NCBI RefSeq assembly: GCF_964213995.1
Contig: NC_135808.1
Span: forward strand, 34,596,001-34,660,000
Length of the DNA stretch: 64,000 bases
Origin: Mustelus asterias
Taxonomy: Eukaryota
Reading direction: 5' to 3'
The notes beneath the pieces were generated by a model, which was given only the letters and a program-made list of their open reading frames with translations, searched no databases and had not been told where the DNA came from. Of the stretch, positions 13,547 to 27,189 are shown piece by piece. How positions within the stretch are numbered: the stretch's first letter is position 1; each line of letters starts with the position of its first letter. The position numbers and the translations under genes were made by a program.

Positions 13547-14172
13547 TCTTTTACCCAATGGAAGAAGGTGGAAGAGAGAATGTGTATGGCGTCCTTAATT
13601 ATGTCCGGGGTGCATGAGGTCCTTAATTATGTTGGCTTCTTTGCCGAGTCAGCAGGAAATGTAGACAGAGTCAATGGAAGGGAGGCTGGTTTGCGTGATG
13701 GATTGGGTGACATTCACGACCTTTTGTAGTTCCTTATGGTCTTGGGCAGAGCAGGAACCATACCAAGCTGTGATACAACCAGAAAGAATGCTTTCTATGG
13801 TGCATCAGTAAAAGTTGGTGAGAGTCATAGCTGACATGCCAAATTTCCTTAGTCTTCTGAGAAAGTAGAGACTTTGATGGGCTTTCTTAATTATAGTGTC
13901 GGCATGGGGGGACCAGGGCAGGTTGTTGGTGATCTGGACACCTAAAAACGTGAAGCTCTCAACCATCTCTACTTCACTGCCGTTGTTGTAGACAGAGGCA
14001 TGTCCTCCACTACGCTTTCTGAAGTCGATGACTATCTCCTTTGTTTTGTTGACACTGAGGGAGAGATTATTGTTGCCGCACTAGTTCACCACATTCTCTA
14101 TCTCATTCCTGTACTCTGTCTCGTCATTGTTTGATATCCGACCCACTATGGTGGTGTTGTCAGCAAACGTGA
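13547..14172 (-). mobile_element. Rex1/Babar-type LINE 3' fragment
   Basis: Homologous to 29105-29490 (TNFY.CTIESI...AWYGSCSAQD). Confidence 0.75.
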
Positions 14173-14174
14173 AG

Positions 14175-15420
14175 GGGGTAACGTATCAGCCTGGATCAAA
14201 GATTGACTGGCAGGCTGGCAGAAAACAGAGTATACATGAATGGGTCTTTTTCTAATTGGCAGGATGTGACGAATGGAGTTCTGCAGGGGTCTGTGCTGGG
14301 ACCTCCGCTTTTTACAATTTATATCAATGACTTTGAGTGGAGTGAAGGCATGGTAGCTAAATTTGCAGATGACACAAAGACAGGGAAGTATGTTGTGAAG
14401 AGGACATAAGGAGGCGGCAGACAGATATTGATAGGTTGAGTGAGTGGGCACAAAATGGCAGATGGAGAATAATGTGAGAAAATGTGAAGTTGTTCACTTT
14501 GACCAGAAGAATAAAAAAAGCAGAGAATTACTTTAACGGAGAACAGCTGCAAAATTACAAAGTACAGATGGATCCAGGTGTTCTTGTGCATGAGTCACAA
14601 AATGTTAATATGCAGGTGCAGCAATGATTAAGAAGGTTAATGGAATGCTTTCCTTCATTGAGGGGAATTGAACATAACAGTGAGGATGTTATGCTTCAAT
14701 TATACAGGGAGTTGGTGAGACCACATCACAAATACTGTGTGCAGTTTAGGTCTCTTTATTGAAGGAAGGATCTAAATGCACTGGAGGCGGTTCAGAGGAG
14801 TTTTACTAGATTAATACCTGGAATGATGATAGGTTGGACAAGCTGGGCTTTTTCCACTGGAGTTTAGAAGACTGGGGGTGACTTATTTGAAATGTATAAG
14901 ATCCAGAACAGTCTCAAAGGTGGATGTGGAAAGGATGTTTCCTCTTCTAGAATCATAGAATCCCGAAAGTGCCAAAAGAGACCATTTGGCCCATCAAATC
15001 TGCACCAACTCTTATCCAGGCCCTCTCCCCATTACCCTATCCCCCTAACCGATATATAAGGGACAATTTAGCATGGCCAATGAACCTAACCTTCAAATCT
15101 TTAACCTGTGGGAGGAAACCAGAGCACCCGGAGGAAACCCACGCAGACACGGGAGAATGTGCAGACTCCACATAGTCACCCGAGGCCGGAATTGAGCCCA
15201 GGTACCTGGCACTGAGGCAGCTGTGCTAACTACTGTGCCACCGTGCCACCCAAATTGTGGTTGAATCCAGAACTAGGGGGCACTGTTTTAGGATGGAAAT
15301 GAGAAATCTTTGAGAGGTTTGTGCTACTTTGAACTCTCTGCCGCAGAAGATAGTGGAGGCAGAATCATTAAATAATTTTAAGGCAGAGGTAGATGAATTC
15401 TTGTTAGGCAAGGGATTAAT
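14175..15420 (+). mobile_element. Degraded CR1 3' part with an inserted SINE
   Basis: GVLQGSVLGP, FADDTK and decayed C-terminal motifs. Confidence 0.85.
14950..15250 (-). mobile_element. V-SINE (HE1-like)
   Basis: Reverse-strand V-domain gggaggaaaccagagcacccggaggaaacccacgcagacac; tRNA-like head ends near 15250. Confidence 0.88.
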
Positions 15421-18400
15421 TGTGACCACAATTCTGTAAACTTTCAGATAGTCATGGAAAAGGATGAGTGTTGTCCTATGGGTAAGGTGCTGAATTGGGG
15501 GAAGGCTAACTACAGCCGGATTAGGCAGGATTTGGTGGCTGTTGATCGGGAGAGGCTGTTCGAGGGTAAATCTACATCTGGCATGTGGGAGTCTTTTAAG
15601 GAGCAGTTGATAGGACTGCAGGACAGGCATGTGCCTGTAAAGAGGAAGGACAGGAAAGGTAGGATTCGAGAGCTGTGGATAACCAGAGAAATTATTGGTT
15701 TAATCAAAAAGAAAAAAGAGGCATCCATAAGGTCCAGGCAGCTAAAAACAGATGAAGCGCTGGAGGAATACAGAGAAAGTAGAAAAGAACTCAAACAGGG
15801 AGTTAGAAGAGCAAAAAGGGGTCACGAAATGTCCTTGGCCACAGGATTAAGGAGAATCCTAAGGCATTTTATACATGCGTCAGAGAAAGAGTTAGACCCC
15901 TCAAGAACAAAGGAGGGGAATTATGTTTAGAACCCAAGGAAGTAGGTGAGATCCTAAATGAATACTTTGTGAATACCGATGCAAAGGAGAGGGACACGTT
16001 GATTGGTAGTGTCTCAGAGGGATGTGTAGACCCATTGGAACAAATCGCAATTACAAGGGAGGAAGTGTTAGGTGTTTTAGGAAGCATTAAGGTAGACAAA
16101 TCCCCAGGGCCAGATGGCATCTGTCCTAGATTACTGAGAGAGACAAGAGATGAAATTGCTGGGCCTCTAACAGAAATCTTTGTTTCTTCATTGGACACAG
16201 GTGAGGTCCCAGAGGATTGGAGGATAGCAAATGTGGTCCCGTTATTTAAGAAGGGTAGCAAGGATAACCCGGGTAATTATAGGCCAGTGAGCTTGACGTC
16301 CGTGGTAGGGAAATTGTTGGAGAAGATTCTTAGAGATAGGATCTATACACATTTAGAACTGAATAGTCTCATTAGCGATAGACAACATGGTTTTGTATGA
16401 GGGAGGTCATGCCTCACAAATTTGGTTGAGTTTTTTGAGGAGGTGACAAAAATGATTGACGAGGGAAGGGCCGTGGATGTCGTTTGACAAGGTCCCTCAT
16501 GGCAGGCTGGTGCAAATGGTTAAATCTCACAGGATCAAAGGTGAACTAGCTAGATGGGTACAGAACTGGCTTGGCCATAGAAGACAGAGGGTAGCAGTGG
16601 AGGGGCCTTTTTCTGATTGGAGGCCTGTGACTAGTGGTGTTCCGCAGGGCTCTGTACTGTGACCTCTGCCGTTTGTGATATATATAAATGATTTGGAAGA
16701 TGATGTAGCTGGTCTGATTAGTAAGTTTGCGGATGACACAAAGATTGCTGGAGTTGCGGATAGTGATGAACATTGTCAGAGAATACAGCAGGATATAGAT
16801 AGTCTGGAAAATTGGGCGGAGAAATGACAGATGGAATTTAATCCAGATAAATGCGAAGTGATGCATTTTGGTAGTTCTAATGCAGGGGGAGCTATACAAT
16901 AAATGGCAGAACCATCAGGAGTATAGACACACAGAGAGATCTAGGTGTGCAAGTCCACAGTTCCTTAAAGGTGGCAGCACAGGTAGAAAAGGTGGTGAAG
17001 AAGGCATATGGCATGCTTGCCTTTATTGGACGGGGCATAGAGTATAAAAGTTGGCATATGATGGTGCAGTTATATAGAACGTTGGTTAGGCCACATTTGG
17101 AATACCGCATCCAGTTCTGGTCGCCACACTACCAGAAGGATGTGGAGGCTTTGGAGAGAGTGCAGAAAAGGTTTACCAGGATGTTGCCTGGTATGTAGGG
17201 TATTAGCTATGCGGTGAGATTGAGTTAACTAGGGTTGTTCTCCCTGGAAAGACGGAGGTTGAGGGGCGACCTAATAGAGGTTTATAAAATTATGAAGGGC
17301 ATAGATCGGGTGAACAGTTGGAAGCTTTTTCCCCAAGTCAGAAATGGCAAACACAAGGGGTCACAACCATAGAACCATAGAAATTTACAGCTCAGAAACA
17401 GGCCTTTTGGCCCTTCTTGTCTGTGCCGAACCATTTTTTTGCCTAGTCCCACTGACCTGCACTTGGACCATATCCCTCCACACCCCTCTCATCCATGAAC
17501 CCGTCCAAGTTTTTCTTAAATGTTAGAAGCGCCAGAAGCATTTACCACTTTATCCGGCAGCTCATTCCACACTCCCATCACTCTCTGCGTGAAGAAGCCC
17601 CCCCTAATATTCCCTTTAAACTTTTCTCCTTTCACCCTTAACCCATGCCTTCTGTTTTTTTTCTCCCCTCGCCTCAGAGGAAAAAGCCTGCTTGCATTCA
17701 CTCTATCTATACCCATCAAAATCTTATACACCTCTATCAAATCTCCCTTCAATCTTCTACGCTTCAGGGAATAAAGTCCCAACCTATTCAATCTCTCTCT
17801 GTAACTCAGCTTCTCAAGTCCCGGCAACATCCTTGTGAACCTTCTCTGCACTCTTTCAACCTTATTTACATCCTTCCTGTAACTAGGTGACCAAAACTGT
17901 ACACAATACTCCAAATTCGGCCTCACCAATGCCTTATATAACCTTACCATAACACTCCAACTTTTATACTCAATACTCCGATTTATAAAGGCCAATGTAC
18001 CAAAGGCACTCTTTACGACCCTATCCACCCGTGACCTCACTTTTAGGGAATTCTGTACCTGTATTCCCAGATCCCTCTGTTCAACTGCACTCTTCAGAGT
18101 CCTACCATTTACCCTGTACGTTCTACTTTGGTTTGTGCTTCCAATGTGCAATATCTCTCACTTGTCTGCGTTAAATTCCATTTGCCATTTTTCAGCCCAT
18201 TTTTCTAGTTGGTCCAAATCCCTCTGCAAGCTTTGAAAAGCTTCCTCACTGTCCACTACACCTCCAATCTTTGTATCATCAGCAAACTTGCTGATCCAAT
18301 TTACCACATTATCATCCAGATCATTGATAAAGATGACAAACAACAATGGACCCAACACCGATCCCTGCGGCACACCACTAGTCACAGGCCTCCACTCAGA

Positions 18401-20797
18401 GAAGCAATCCTCCACAACCACACTCTGGCTTCTTCCATTGAGCCAGTGTCTAATCCAATTTACTACCTCCCCATGTATACCTAGCGACTGAACCTTCCTA
18501 ACTAACCTCCCATGAGGGACCTTGTCAAAGGCCTTGCTGAAATCCAGGTAGACAACATCCACCGCCTTCCCTTCATCCACTTTCCTGGTAACCTCCTCGA
18601 AAAACTCTAATAGATTGGTCAAACATGACCTACCACGCACAAAGCCATGTTGACTCTCCCTAATAAGTCCCTGTCTATCCAAATATTTGTAGATTCTATC
18701 CTTTATCACACCTTCCAATAACTTGCCCACCACCGACGTCAAACTTACTGGCCTATAATTTCCCGGATTTCTTTTGGAACCTTTTTTAAACAATGGAACA
18801 ACATGAGCCACCCTCCAATCATCCGGCACCTCCCCCGTGAATACTGACATTTTAAATATGTCTGCCAGGGCCCCTGTAAGTTCAACACTAGCTTCCCTCA
18901 AGGTCCGTGGGAATACCCTGTCTGGTCCTGGGGATTTATCCACTCTGATTTGCCTCAAGACAGCGAGTACCTCCTCCCCTTTAATCTGTAAAGGTTCCAT
19001 GACCTCCCTACCTGTTTGCCCTATTTCCGTAGACTCCATGCCCATTTCCTCAGTAAATACGGATGCAAAAAAACCATTTAGTATCTCCCTCATCTCTTTT
19101 GGTTCCATACACAGTCTACCACTCTGGTCTTCAAGAGGACCAATTTTATCCCTCACTATCCTTTTGCTCCTAACATACCTATAGAAGCTCTTTGGATTTT
19201 CCTTCACTCTGTCTGCCAAAGCAACCTCGTTTCTTCTTTTAGCCCTCCTGATTTCCCTCTTAAGTAGCTTCTTGCACTTTTTATACTCCTCGAGCATCTG
19301 ACCTGTTCCTTGCTGCCTGTACATTTCATACAACTCTCTCTTCCTCTTAATCAGTGTTACAATCTCCCTCGAGAACCAAGGTTCCTTATTCCTATTTACT
19401 TTGCCTTTAATCCTGACAGGAACATACAAACTCTGCACTCTCAAAATTTCTCCTTTGAAGGCCTCCCACTTTCCATTTACATCCTTACCAGAGAACAGCC
19501 TGTGCCAATCCACACTTCCCAGATCCCTTCTCATTTCATCAAATTTGGCCTTTTTCCAGTTCAGAACTTCAACCCGAGAACCAGATCTATCCTTATCCAC
19601 GATCAGGTTGAAACTAATGGCATTATGATCACTGGATCCAAAGTGTTCCCTCACACTCACATCCATCACCTGCCCTAACTCATTTCCCAATAGGAAATCC
19701 AATATCGCATCCTCTCTAGTTGGCACCTCTATATACTGATGTAGAAAATTCTCCTGAACACATTTTACAAACTCTACCCCGTCTAAACCTTTAACAGTAT
19801 GCGAGTCCCAATCTATATGTGGAAAATTAAAATCCTCTACTATCACAACTTTGTGTTTCTTGCAGTTGTCCGCTATCTCTCCACTGATTTGCTTCTCCAA
19901 TTCTTGCTGACTATTGGGTGGTCTATAATACAACCCCATTAATGTGGTCATACCTTTCCTGTTTCTCAGCTCCACCCATAGGGCCTCTGTAGACAAGCTC
20001 CCTAATCTATCCTGCCTGAGTACTGCTGTAACATTTTCCCTGACCAACAATGCCACCCCCCCACCTTTTATCCCTCTGCCTCTATCCCGCCGGAAACATT
20101 GGAACCCTGGAACATTGAGCTGCCAGTCCTGCCCCTCCTGTAGCCAAGTTTCACTCATGGCTACAATGTCATATTTCCATGTGTCTATCCACGCCTTCAG
20201 CTCATCTCCCTTCCCCACAATACTCCTGGCATTGAAATAGACACACCTCAAAAGATTATTTCCACCACACTCTACCCTTCCATTTGTGATTTTGCTTGAA
20301 CTAACCTGTCTTTTTACCCCTGCTCCACTATCTGCTCTGGCACTCTGGTTCCCATCCCCCTGCAAATCTAGTTTAAACGCTCCCCAATAACACTAGCAAA
20401 TCTCCCTGCAAGTATATTGGTTCCCTTGTAGTTTAGGTGTAACCTGTCTCTCTTGTACAGGTCCCACCTGCCCCAGAAGAGGTCCCAATGATCCTCTCAA
20501 GGTAAGGGGGGGCAATCCTCTCAAGGTAGGTAGGTTCAAGGTATGGGGGGCAAGGTTCAATACAGATATGCGGGGGACGTATTTTACACAGAGGGTGGTG
20601 AGGGCCTGGAATGCACTACCAAGCAAGGTGGTTGAGGCAAACACGCTAGGATCATTTAAGACTTATCTAGATAGCCACATGAACAGACTGGGAATACAGG
20701 GATACAAACGGATGGTCTAGTTAGGAACACAATATCAGTGCAGGGTTGGGGGGCTGAAGGGCCGGTTCCTGTGCTGTATTGTTCTTTGTTCTTTGTT
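15421..20797 (+). mobile_element. CR1 ORF2 copy (15421-17366, resuming about 20530-20797) split by an antisense CR1
   Basis: [21 protein letters not shown]; sequence resumes after TRGH with gttcaaggta...; ttgttctttgtt tail. Confidence 0.9.
17367..20495 (-). mobile_element. CR1 LINE with almost intact ORF2 (735 aa plus 211 aa) and the end of ORF1
   Basis: ORFs 18158..20365 and 17516..18151; ccatagaaccatag tail at 17367. Confidence 0.96.
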
Positions 20798-20819
20798 ACA
20801 TTGGAATGTTGAACTTGAA

Positions 20820-20913
20820 ACACAAATAGATCAGCCATAATCTTATGAAATGACACAGCAGACTCGAGGGGCCGAATGGCCTATCTCTGCTCCTATTTTG
20901 TATGTTAATATGT
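20820..20913 (+). mobile_element. Old CR1-type 3' tail
   Basis: gatcagccat...gaggggccgaatggccta...tatgt resembles 2790-2872. Confidence 0.65.
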
Positions 20914-21460
20914 ACTGATCGAGGGATTGTGCAGGTAATGAGATTTTAATAAATCAATGTGCCTTCTTTTCAATGTGTTTGTGATGATTTTCTTTTCAAT
21001 TTAGGAGGGAGGTAGAAGATGTTCAGCCCCAGGGTGAAGCCATCACTGTCGCACTGTGTCCTCTCGTTGCCCCATGAATCTGTTATCGTTGTATTGTGTG
21101 CTCCCATCACTCCTTGTGAAGCTGCCGGAAACTGAAACCAATTTCTAATTCACGGAACATTGATTTATTCTTGATACAATTATGTCTTAGAATTCATGAT
21201 CATTTTCAAATCATTTATTAAGATAGCCTAATTTGTTAACCCTGTTCTTGTGCTACATGAACAATGTTAGTACATTAAGATGTTTCTCATGTCACAGATT
21301 TCATTAAAACTTGTACAAAGTTGTAAAAAGATTTGTAGTTTTTTTTGTTATAGCTGTACTTTCATGATTAATAATATGTCCATTGCACTGTTCGGTACCA
21401 TTCTGTTTAATGGGTTCAGCAGGATAGCAAAACGCTGATGGATAATAATGGAGCTCCAAG

Positions 21461-22575
21461 TCCAGCAATTTTATCTCTTGTCTCCCTCAGTAATCTAGGA
21501 TAGATGCCATCTGGTCCTGGGGATTTGTCGACCTTAATGCATTTTAATATACCTAGCACTTCCTCCCTCGTAATGGTAACTTGCTCTAGGGATTTTACAT
21601 GCCCCTCCGAGACACCATTAACCAACGTGTCCCTTTCCTTTGTGAATACCGATGCAAAATACTCATTAAGGATCTCACCCACTTCCTCACACCCTCTACA
21701 CATAAGTTCCCTCCTTTGTCCTTGAGTGAAATCATAGAAACCCTACAGTACAGAAAGAGGCCATTCGGCCCATCGAGTCTACACCGACCACAATCCCACC
21801 CAGGCCCTTCCCCCATATCCCTACATATTTTACCGCTAATCCCTCTAATCTATGCATCTCAGGACACTAAGGGCAATTTTAGCATAGCCAATCAACCTAA
21901 CCCGCACAGCTTTGGACTGTGGGAGGAAACCGGAGCACCCGGAGGAAACCCACGCAGACACGAGGAGAATGTGCAAACTCCACACAGACAGTGACCCGAG
22001 CCGGGAATCAAACCCAGGTCCCTGGAGCTGTGAAGCAGCAGTGCTAACCACTGTGCTACCGTGCCGCCCTAATGGACCAACTCTTTCTCCAGCTGCCATC
22101 TTGTTCCTAATATATGTATAAAATACCTTGGGATTCTCCTTAATCCTGTCTGCCAATGACATTTCATGACCCCTTTTTGCCCTCCTAGCTCCCTATTTGA
22201 GTACTTTTCTACTTTCCCTGTATTCTTCAAGTTGCGGACAGTGATGAAGATTGTCAGAGGATACAGCAGGATATAGATAGGCTGGAAAACTGGGCGGAGA
22301 AATGGCAGATGGAATTTAATCCGGACAAATGCAGTTTGGTAGATCCAATTCAGGTGGGAGCTATAAAATAATTGGCAGAACCATCAGGAGTGTAGACACA
22401 CCGAGAGATCTAGGAGTACAGCTCCACAGATCTTTAAAAGTGGCAGCACAGGTGGAAAAGGTGGTGAAGAAAGCAGATGGCATGCTTGCCTTCATCGGTC
22501 GCGGCATCAAGTATAAAAGTTGGCAAATTATGTTACAGGTTTATAGAATGCTGGTTAGGCCACATTTGGAATACT
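21461..22575. mobile_element. CR1 ORF2 with internal inversion: - segment 21461-22230 joined to + segment 22231-22575
   Basis: The - piece encodes LEEYRESRK...DKSPGPDG...DKIAG; the + piece encodes VADSDEDCQRIQQD...LVRPHLEY. Confidence 0.85.
21730..22069 (-). mobile_element. V-SINE (HE1-like)
   Basis: Near-identical to 28329-28682; head gggcggcacggtagcacagtggttagc on the - strand. Confidence 0.92.
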
Positions 22576-23330
22576 GGGCAGTATTTTACCTTTTTTTGTC
22601 TAAGTGCTGGGCGGACCTGAAACTGGGAGGGTGTCAGATTCGTCTTCTGAGTGCATTTTTAAGGCCCTCCATATGCACCCTGCCTGCAAAGTTTTGAGCG
22701 AGTACATTTCACGATGCAATGCCTATGGGTGGGGCTTAACAGGCCCGAAACCCTCCCCCTACCCCCACCCTACCCCCCCTACCCCACCCCCCCCCCACAC
22801 CCTCACCCCACACCCCCCAACCCCACCCCCCACCCCACCCCACCCCGCCACCTCACTCCACACCCCCTGCCCACTGCCAAATGCCTTGTATTCTGGGTAC
22901 TCACCCACCCCAGCTGCCCAGATTCCCCGGCCGAGTACCAGGCCCATTCAAGACAGCAAGACTTGTCAGCTCTGGATTCCGGCCTGGCGGTGGGTAAGCT
23001 TTACAAGTGGCTTCAATGCCCTCCCATCACGGAGTCATTCTCGCTTTAAGGGGCCAAGCCAACCTCCTTCTCAGAGTCAGGCCAATAACAGCTCCCCCAA
23101 CAACTACACCCCACATTCACCACCGGTAATGATAATGCCCCCTCCATGCTACCCTAGTGCTGGGGTGATGGCCCTCCACTCCCTGTTCAGCTGACAACCC
23201 CGGTCTGCCATTCAGTAAATAGCCTCAAGCTTCCATTGTCCGTTGTGGGGCTGGCCTCTTGGGCCAATGCAAAACTAATGGTTCCCCAAACCTCCCAAAC
23301 TAACACATCTGAACAACATACACAAACAGT
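22576..23330. mobile_element. Harbinger-related non-coding terminus with a C-rich low-complexity tract
   Basis: Starts gggcagtattttacc (TIR-like) exactly where the CR1 stops. Confidence 0.45.
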
Positions 23331-23650
23331 ATGAAACCCGCCCACACACACACACACTGGAAAACCCACCCACACACACACACACACACACCGGGAAACC
23401 CACCCACATACACACACCGGGAAACCCACCCACACACAAACACCAGGAAACCCACCCACGCACAAAAAAAACCAGAAGCCTCACTTACACACAGACAGAC
23501 AAACACTGCGAAGCCAACCCACACACACACACACCGGGAAACACACCCACACACACACACACACACTGGGAACCCACTCGCACACACAAACACCAGGCAA
23601 TCCACCCACACACACACACGCCGGGAAACCCACCCACACACACAAACACC
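23331..23650. repeat. (CA)n-based minisatellite, unit approximately (ca)n-ccgggaaacccacc
   Basis: About ten visible variant units. Confidence 0.9.
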
Positions 23651-24312
23651 GAGTACGCCACAACAGTTACTGACTTCATTAGTAAGTACGTAGAAGACTG
23701 TGTGTCATCGAAGCTAATCCATGTGATCCTCAACCGGAAACCATGGATGAACAGGGATATCCACTGCTTTCTGAAGTCCAGGTCTGAGGCTTTCAAGTCA
23801 GGCAATACTCACCTATATAAGAAAGCCAGATATGATCTCAGGAGATCCATCAAAGATGCCAAAAGACAGTACCAGATCAAGCTCGAGTCCCAGGCTAGCC
23901 ACACCGACCATCGCCGACTATGGCAAGGTCTGCAAGACATAACAGGCTACAAGATGAAGGCATGTAAAATCACTGGCTCCAACGCACCCCTCCCTGATGA
24001 GCTCAATGCATTCTACGCCTGTCTTGAGCAAGAGATCAATGCGAGCACGCCCTCCACCCTGGAAGCCCTGGATGAACCTGTATCTGGGGTCACCATTGCA
24101 GATGTCAGAGCAGCTTTCTCAAAGGTCAACCCACAGAAAGCGACTGGCCCGGATGGGGTACCCGGACAAGCACTCAGATCCCGCACGGATCAGCTGGCGG
24201 AGGTATTCACAGACATCTTCAACCTCTCTTTACAACAATCTGAGGTCCCTATCTGCTTCAAGAAGACAACCATCATCCGAGTACCAAAGAAAAACCAAGC
24301 AGCGTGCCTTAA
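23651..24312 (+). mobile_element. Rex1/Babar-type LINE internal fragment
   Basis: KPWMN, IKDAKRQY, KATGPDGVPG, DQLAEVFTDIFNLSL, PICFKKTTII. Confidence 0.85.
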
Positions 24313-25016
24313 TGGGGAAATTCAAATTAGAAAACACCTTTCTGTTCACGGATGGGTAGTGAGAGGAGAAATCAGGGCTGTTTAATTGACACACCCCTCC
24401 CCACCCATCCACAACACGTCACTCACTCTAAATGTTCGGGTGTGATTAACTCATGAAGGGCTCATCCACACTGGTTTGCTGGGAAAGGCCAATCTCACCT
24501 TCCCTATGGGAATGAGCTCTGTTTACAAATAGCACCAAGGACCTTCACCCTATTAGGTTACGGTGTGGTGGACCAGTCAGTCCCTGTTCTGCCATGTGAT
24601 TCAGAGAGCTGCTCACACAAATAGTGAGCTTCTAGATGTAAAATTGGACAAGGTTTCCACCTCGCTGCGTAGCAGGAAATGTATCACTAATCCTGCCCAC
24701 TACTGCACTTAGTCTCTGGAGCAGGAAACTTCACCCAATGCCTGAAAGCCAGGTGAACCAATTTTGTTTCATAGATTATAAAATAAAATTGGAGGTGTGA
24801 TTCACGATGGGCACCGGGGTGGATTTTCGGCTTCAGGTCTTCCGCGGTTTCAGCTCATTATTTAGGCTTCAGCAAGAACCTCATTGAATCTCTTGACGGG
24901 GCGGGAGGAATTTGTTTCATGTTACCTCATGATGTCGAAGGTCTTGGCACCATATTGAAATGACAGAGGTACGCACTCACTCAGTGCACCCAGGCATTGT
25001 TGTTTTGAACCAAGAA

Positions 25017-27186
25017 ATGGCACCCAAAAAAAACCAAACCATCTACTCCCAGGTTCAGTCAGGCTTCCCAAGGGATTATCTTCCAGGAAAGCTGGGGGTC
25101 CTCTTTTGGGGATGGAAACAGGAAGCTCTTCCACCTAGACTTGGCAGCCTGAGAGGAGGTTGCCAGAGAGATCAGTGCCCATGGCAAACAAAAAAAGACT
25201 TTGCTACAGAACAGGAAAAGGATGAATGATCTAATCCACTCACCAGGAGAAGTGAACCTTCTATTCAGTTCAAAGTCACTCTCAGAAGGGTATCAGGCAG
25301 TCTAAGGGTTAGAGTCCACAGGGATCTCATAGATTGCCAGCAGATGGAGCATCAGCACTAAATGTCTGCCAAGCACTTTAACTTCACCATCTCACGTAAG
25401 ACACAAACAATATTTTAATTCCTTCCTGGGGAGGACTCAGCGTAACAGCAGACATGCATTTTTCTGAACTGCTCTTTTATTCAGTGCGTTCACAGTCTAG
25501 AACATAGAACATAGAACAGTACAGCACAGAACAGGCCCTTCGGCCCACGATGTTGTGCCGAGCTTTGTCTGAAACCCAGATCAAGCTATTTCCTCCCTAT
25601 CATCCCGAAGTACTCCATGTGCCTATCCAATAGCTTCTTAAATGTTCCTAAAGTTTCTGACTCCACTATCCCTGCAGGCAGTCCATTCCACACCCCAACC
25701 ACTCTGAGTAAAAAACCTACCTCGGACATCCTTCCTATATCTCCCACCATGAACCCTATAGTTATGCCCCCTAGTTACCGCTCCATTCACCCGAGGAAAT
25801 AGACTTTGAACGTTCACTCTATCTATCCCCCTCATCATCTTATAAACCTCTATCAAGTCTCCTCTCAACCTCCTCCGCTCCAAAGAGAAAAACCCAAGTT
25901 CCCTCAACCTTTCCTCATAAGACCTACCCTCCAAACCAGGCAGCATCCTGGTAAATCTCCTTTGCACTCTTTCCAGTGTCTCCACATCCTTCTTGTAGTG
26001 AGGTGACCAGAACTGCACACAATATTCCAAATGTGGTCTCACCAAGGTCCTGTACAGTTGCAGCATAACCCCACGGCTCTTAAACTCAAACCCCCTGTTA
26101 ATAAACGCCAACACACTATAGGCCTTCTTCACGGCTCTGTCCACTTGAGTGGCAACTCTGCATGAAGGACAAGATAACCCACAACAAGATGGAATGATCC
26201 CAGACCAGAGGTGGGACCCCAGAGTTGCGGGACCTCTCCACATTAGGAGGAGGCTGTTGGGCTAACTGGTGAGGATAGAGATTGTTCCTGCATAGAAGGC
26301 AATGAGCCAGTGAAGATACATCCATTATACATCAGCCATACGCAGAAAATGAATTGTGAGTGATCTGCCTAGTCAATCACTAATTCTCTCTTCTATTCCA
26401 GATATCAGCAAGAAAAAGAGGAGGCAAGTTTCCAGTCAGTGCGTCAGCCCCAAGCCACAGGCCTCTTCAGAACTGTATCCATTTGAAGAATACTCATCAC
26501 TGCATTCACCTGCATCCTCCATAGCTCAGAGACACAAACCCCGGTGGGTCCTAGTTCTAGAGTAGGTTTGGGGGTCACAATTCTTTGAGTGCAGCACAGA
26601 CACAGGCCCACAGAAGGCAGAGTATTGACAGCTGAAGTCCCTGACACAGAGAGGACTGCTGGAGACCATGCCCTTGCTGAGCCCAAGTCTACTGATGGGC
26701 ATCTGTAGTCGATTCCTGGACAAACATTGTAGATGTAAAAACAAGCAAGAGAACATCAGATGGAGTTGTCAGAAGCTGTTAACAGACTGGAACGAAGGGT
26801 GGAGGTATCCATCCACGTTATGTCCAATGTCTTCGCTATGGCATCTGAGCGCATCAAAGTCTCCATGGAAAGGGTGGCAGCCACATTGGAGACACAGATC
26901 CAGAAAAACACAGTGTTTCTGCCAGATTTGTGCTCGGACCTGCAGTCCTTCTCTCTTGCCATGGATGTGTTACAGCAGGTGTTACAGAGGGGGGCAGGGT
27001 ATCTCAACATCCCTCCAGGTGCCCCTCCTTCTCAAGGAGTCATGGGTTTTCCCCCACATGGACTGGGAGGCCAGTTACTCTTAAGTCACTCAATCTTTTT
27101 GCTAACAGTTTCTTTTGAGGAATCCAGTAGAAATCTCTGTGGAATATCACAATCGTCAACTCACAAACCCATGAGGCCCTCCATAT
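25017..27186 (+). pseudogene. Decayed Harbinger Myb/SANT accessory gene followed by a short transposase remnant (27070-27186)
   Basis: MAPKK..PRFS start, KRMNDL-like motif, exon-2-like DKITHN...; LCGISQSSTHK remnant. Confidence 0.6.
25498..26156 (-). mobile_element. 5'-truncated CR1
   Basis: VATQVDRAVKKAY...FFTQ; (aacatag)n tail. Confidence 0.93.
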
Positions 27187-27189
27187 AGT

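Noticed and set aside
11096-19678. Many antisense ORFs over CR1 ORF2 (e.g. MSSANL..., [13 protein letters not shown])
   Set aside because: They are shadow frames of the RT coding strand.
23331-23650. CRISPR-like repeat/spacer look
   Set aside because: The spacers are CA microsatellite, the context is eukaryotic and there are no cas genes.
22604-23805. Pro-rich, Cys/Val-rich and His/Thr-rich ORFs
   Set aside because: They are translations of low-complexity C-tracts and the (CA)n minisatellite.
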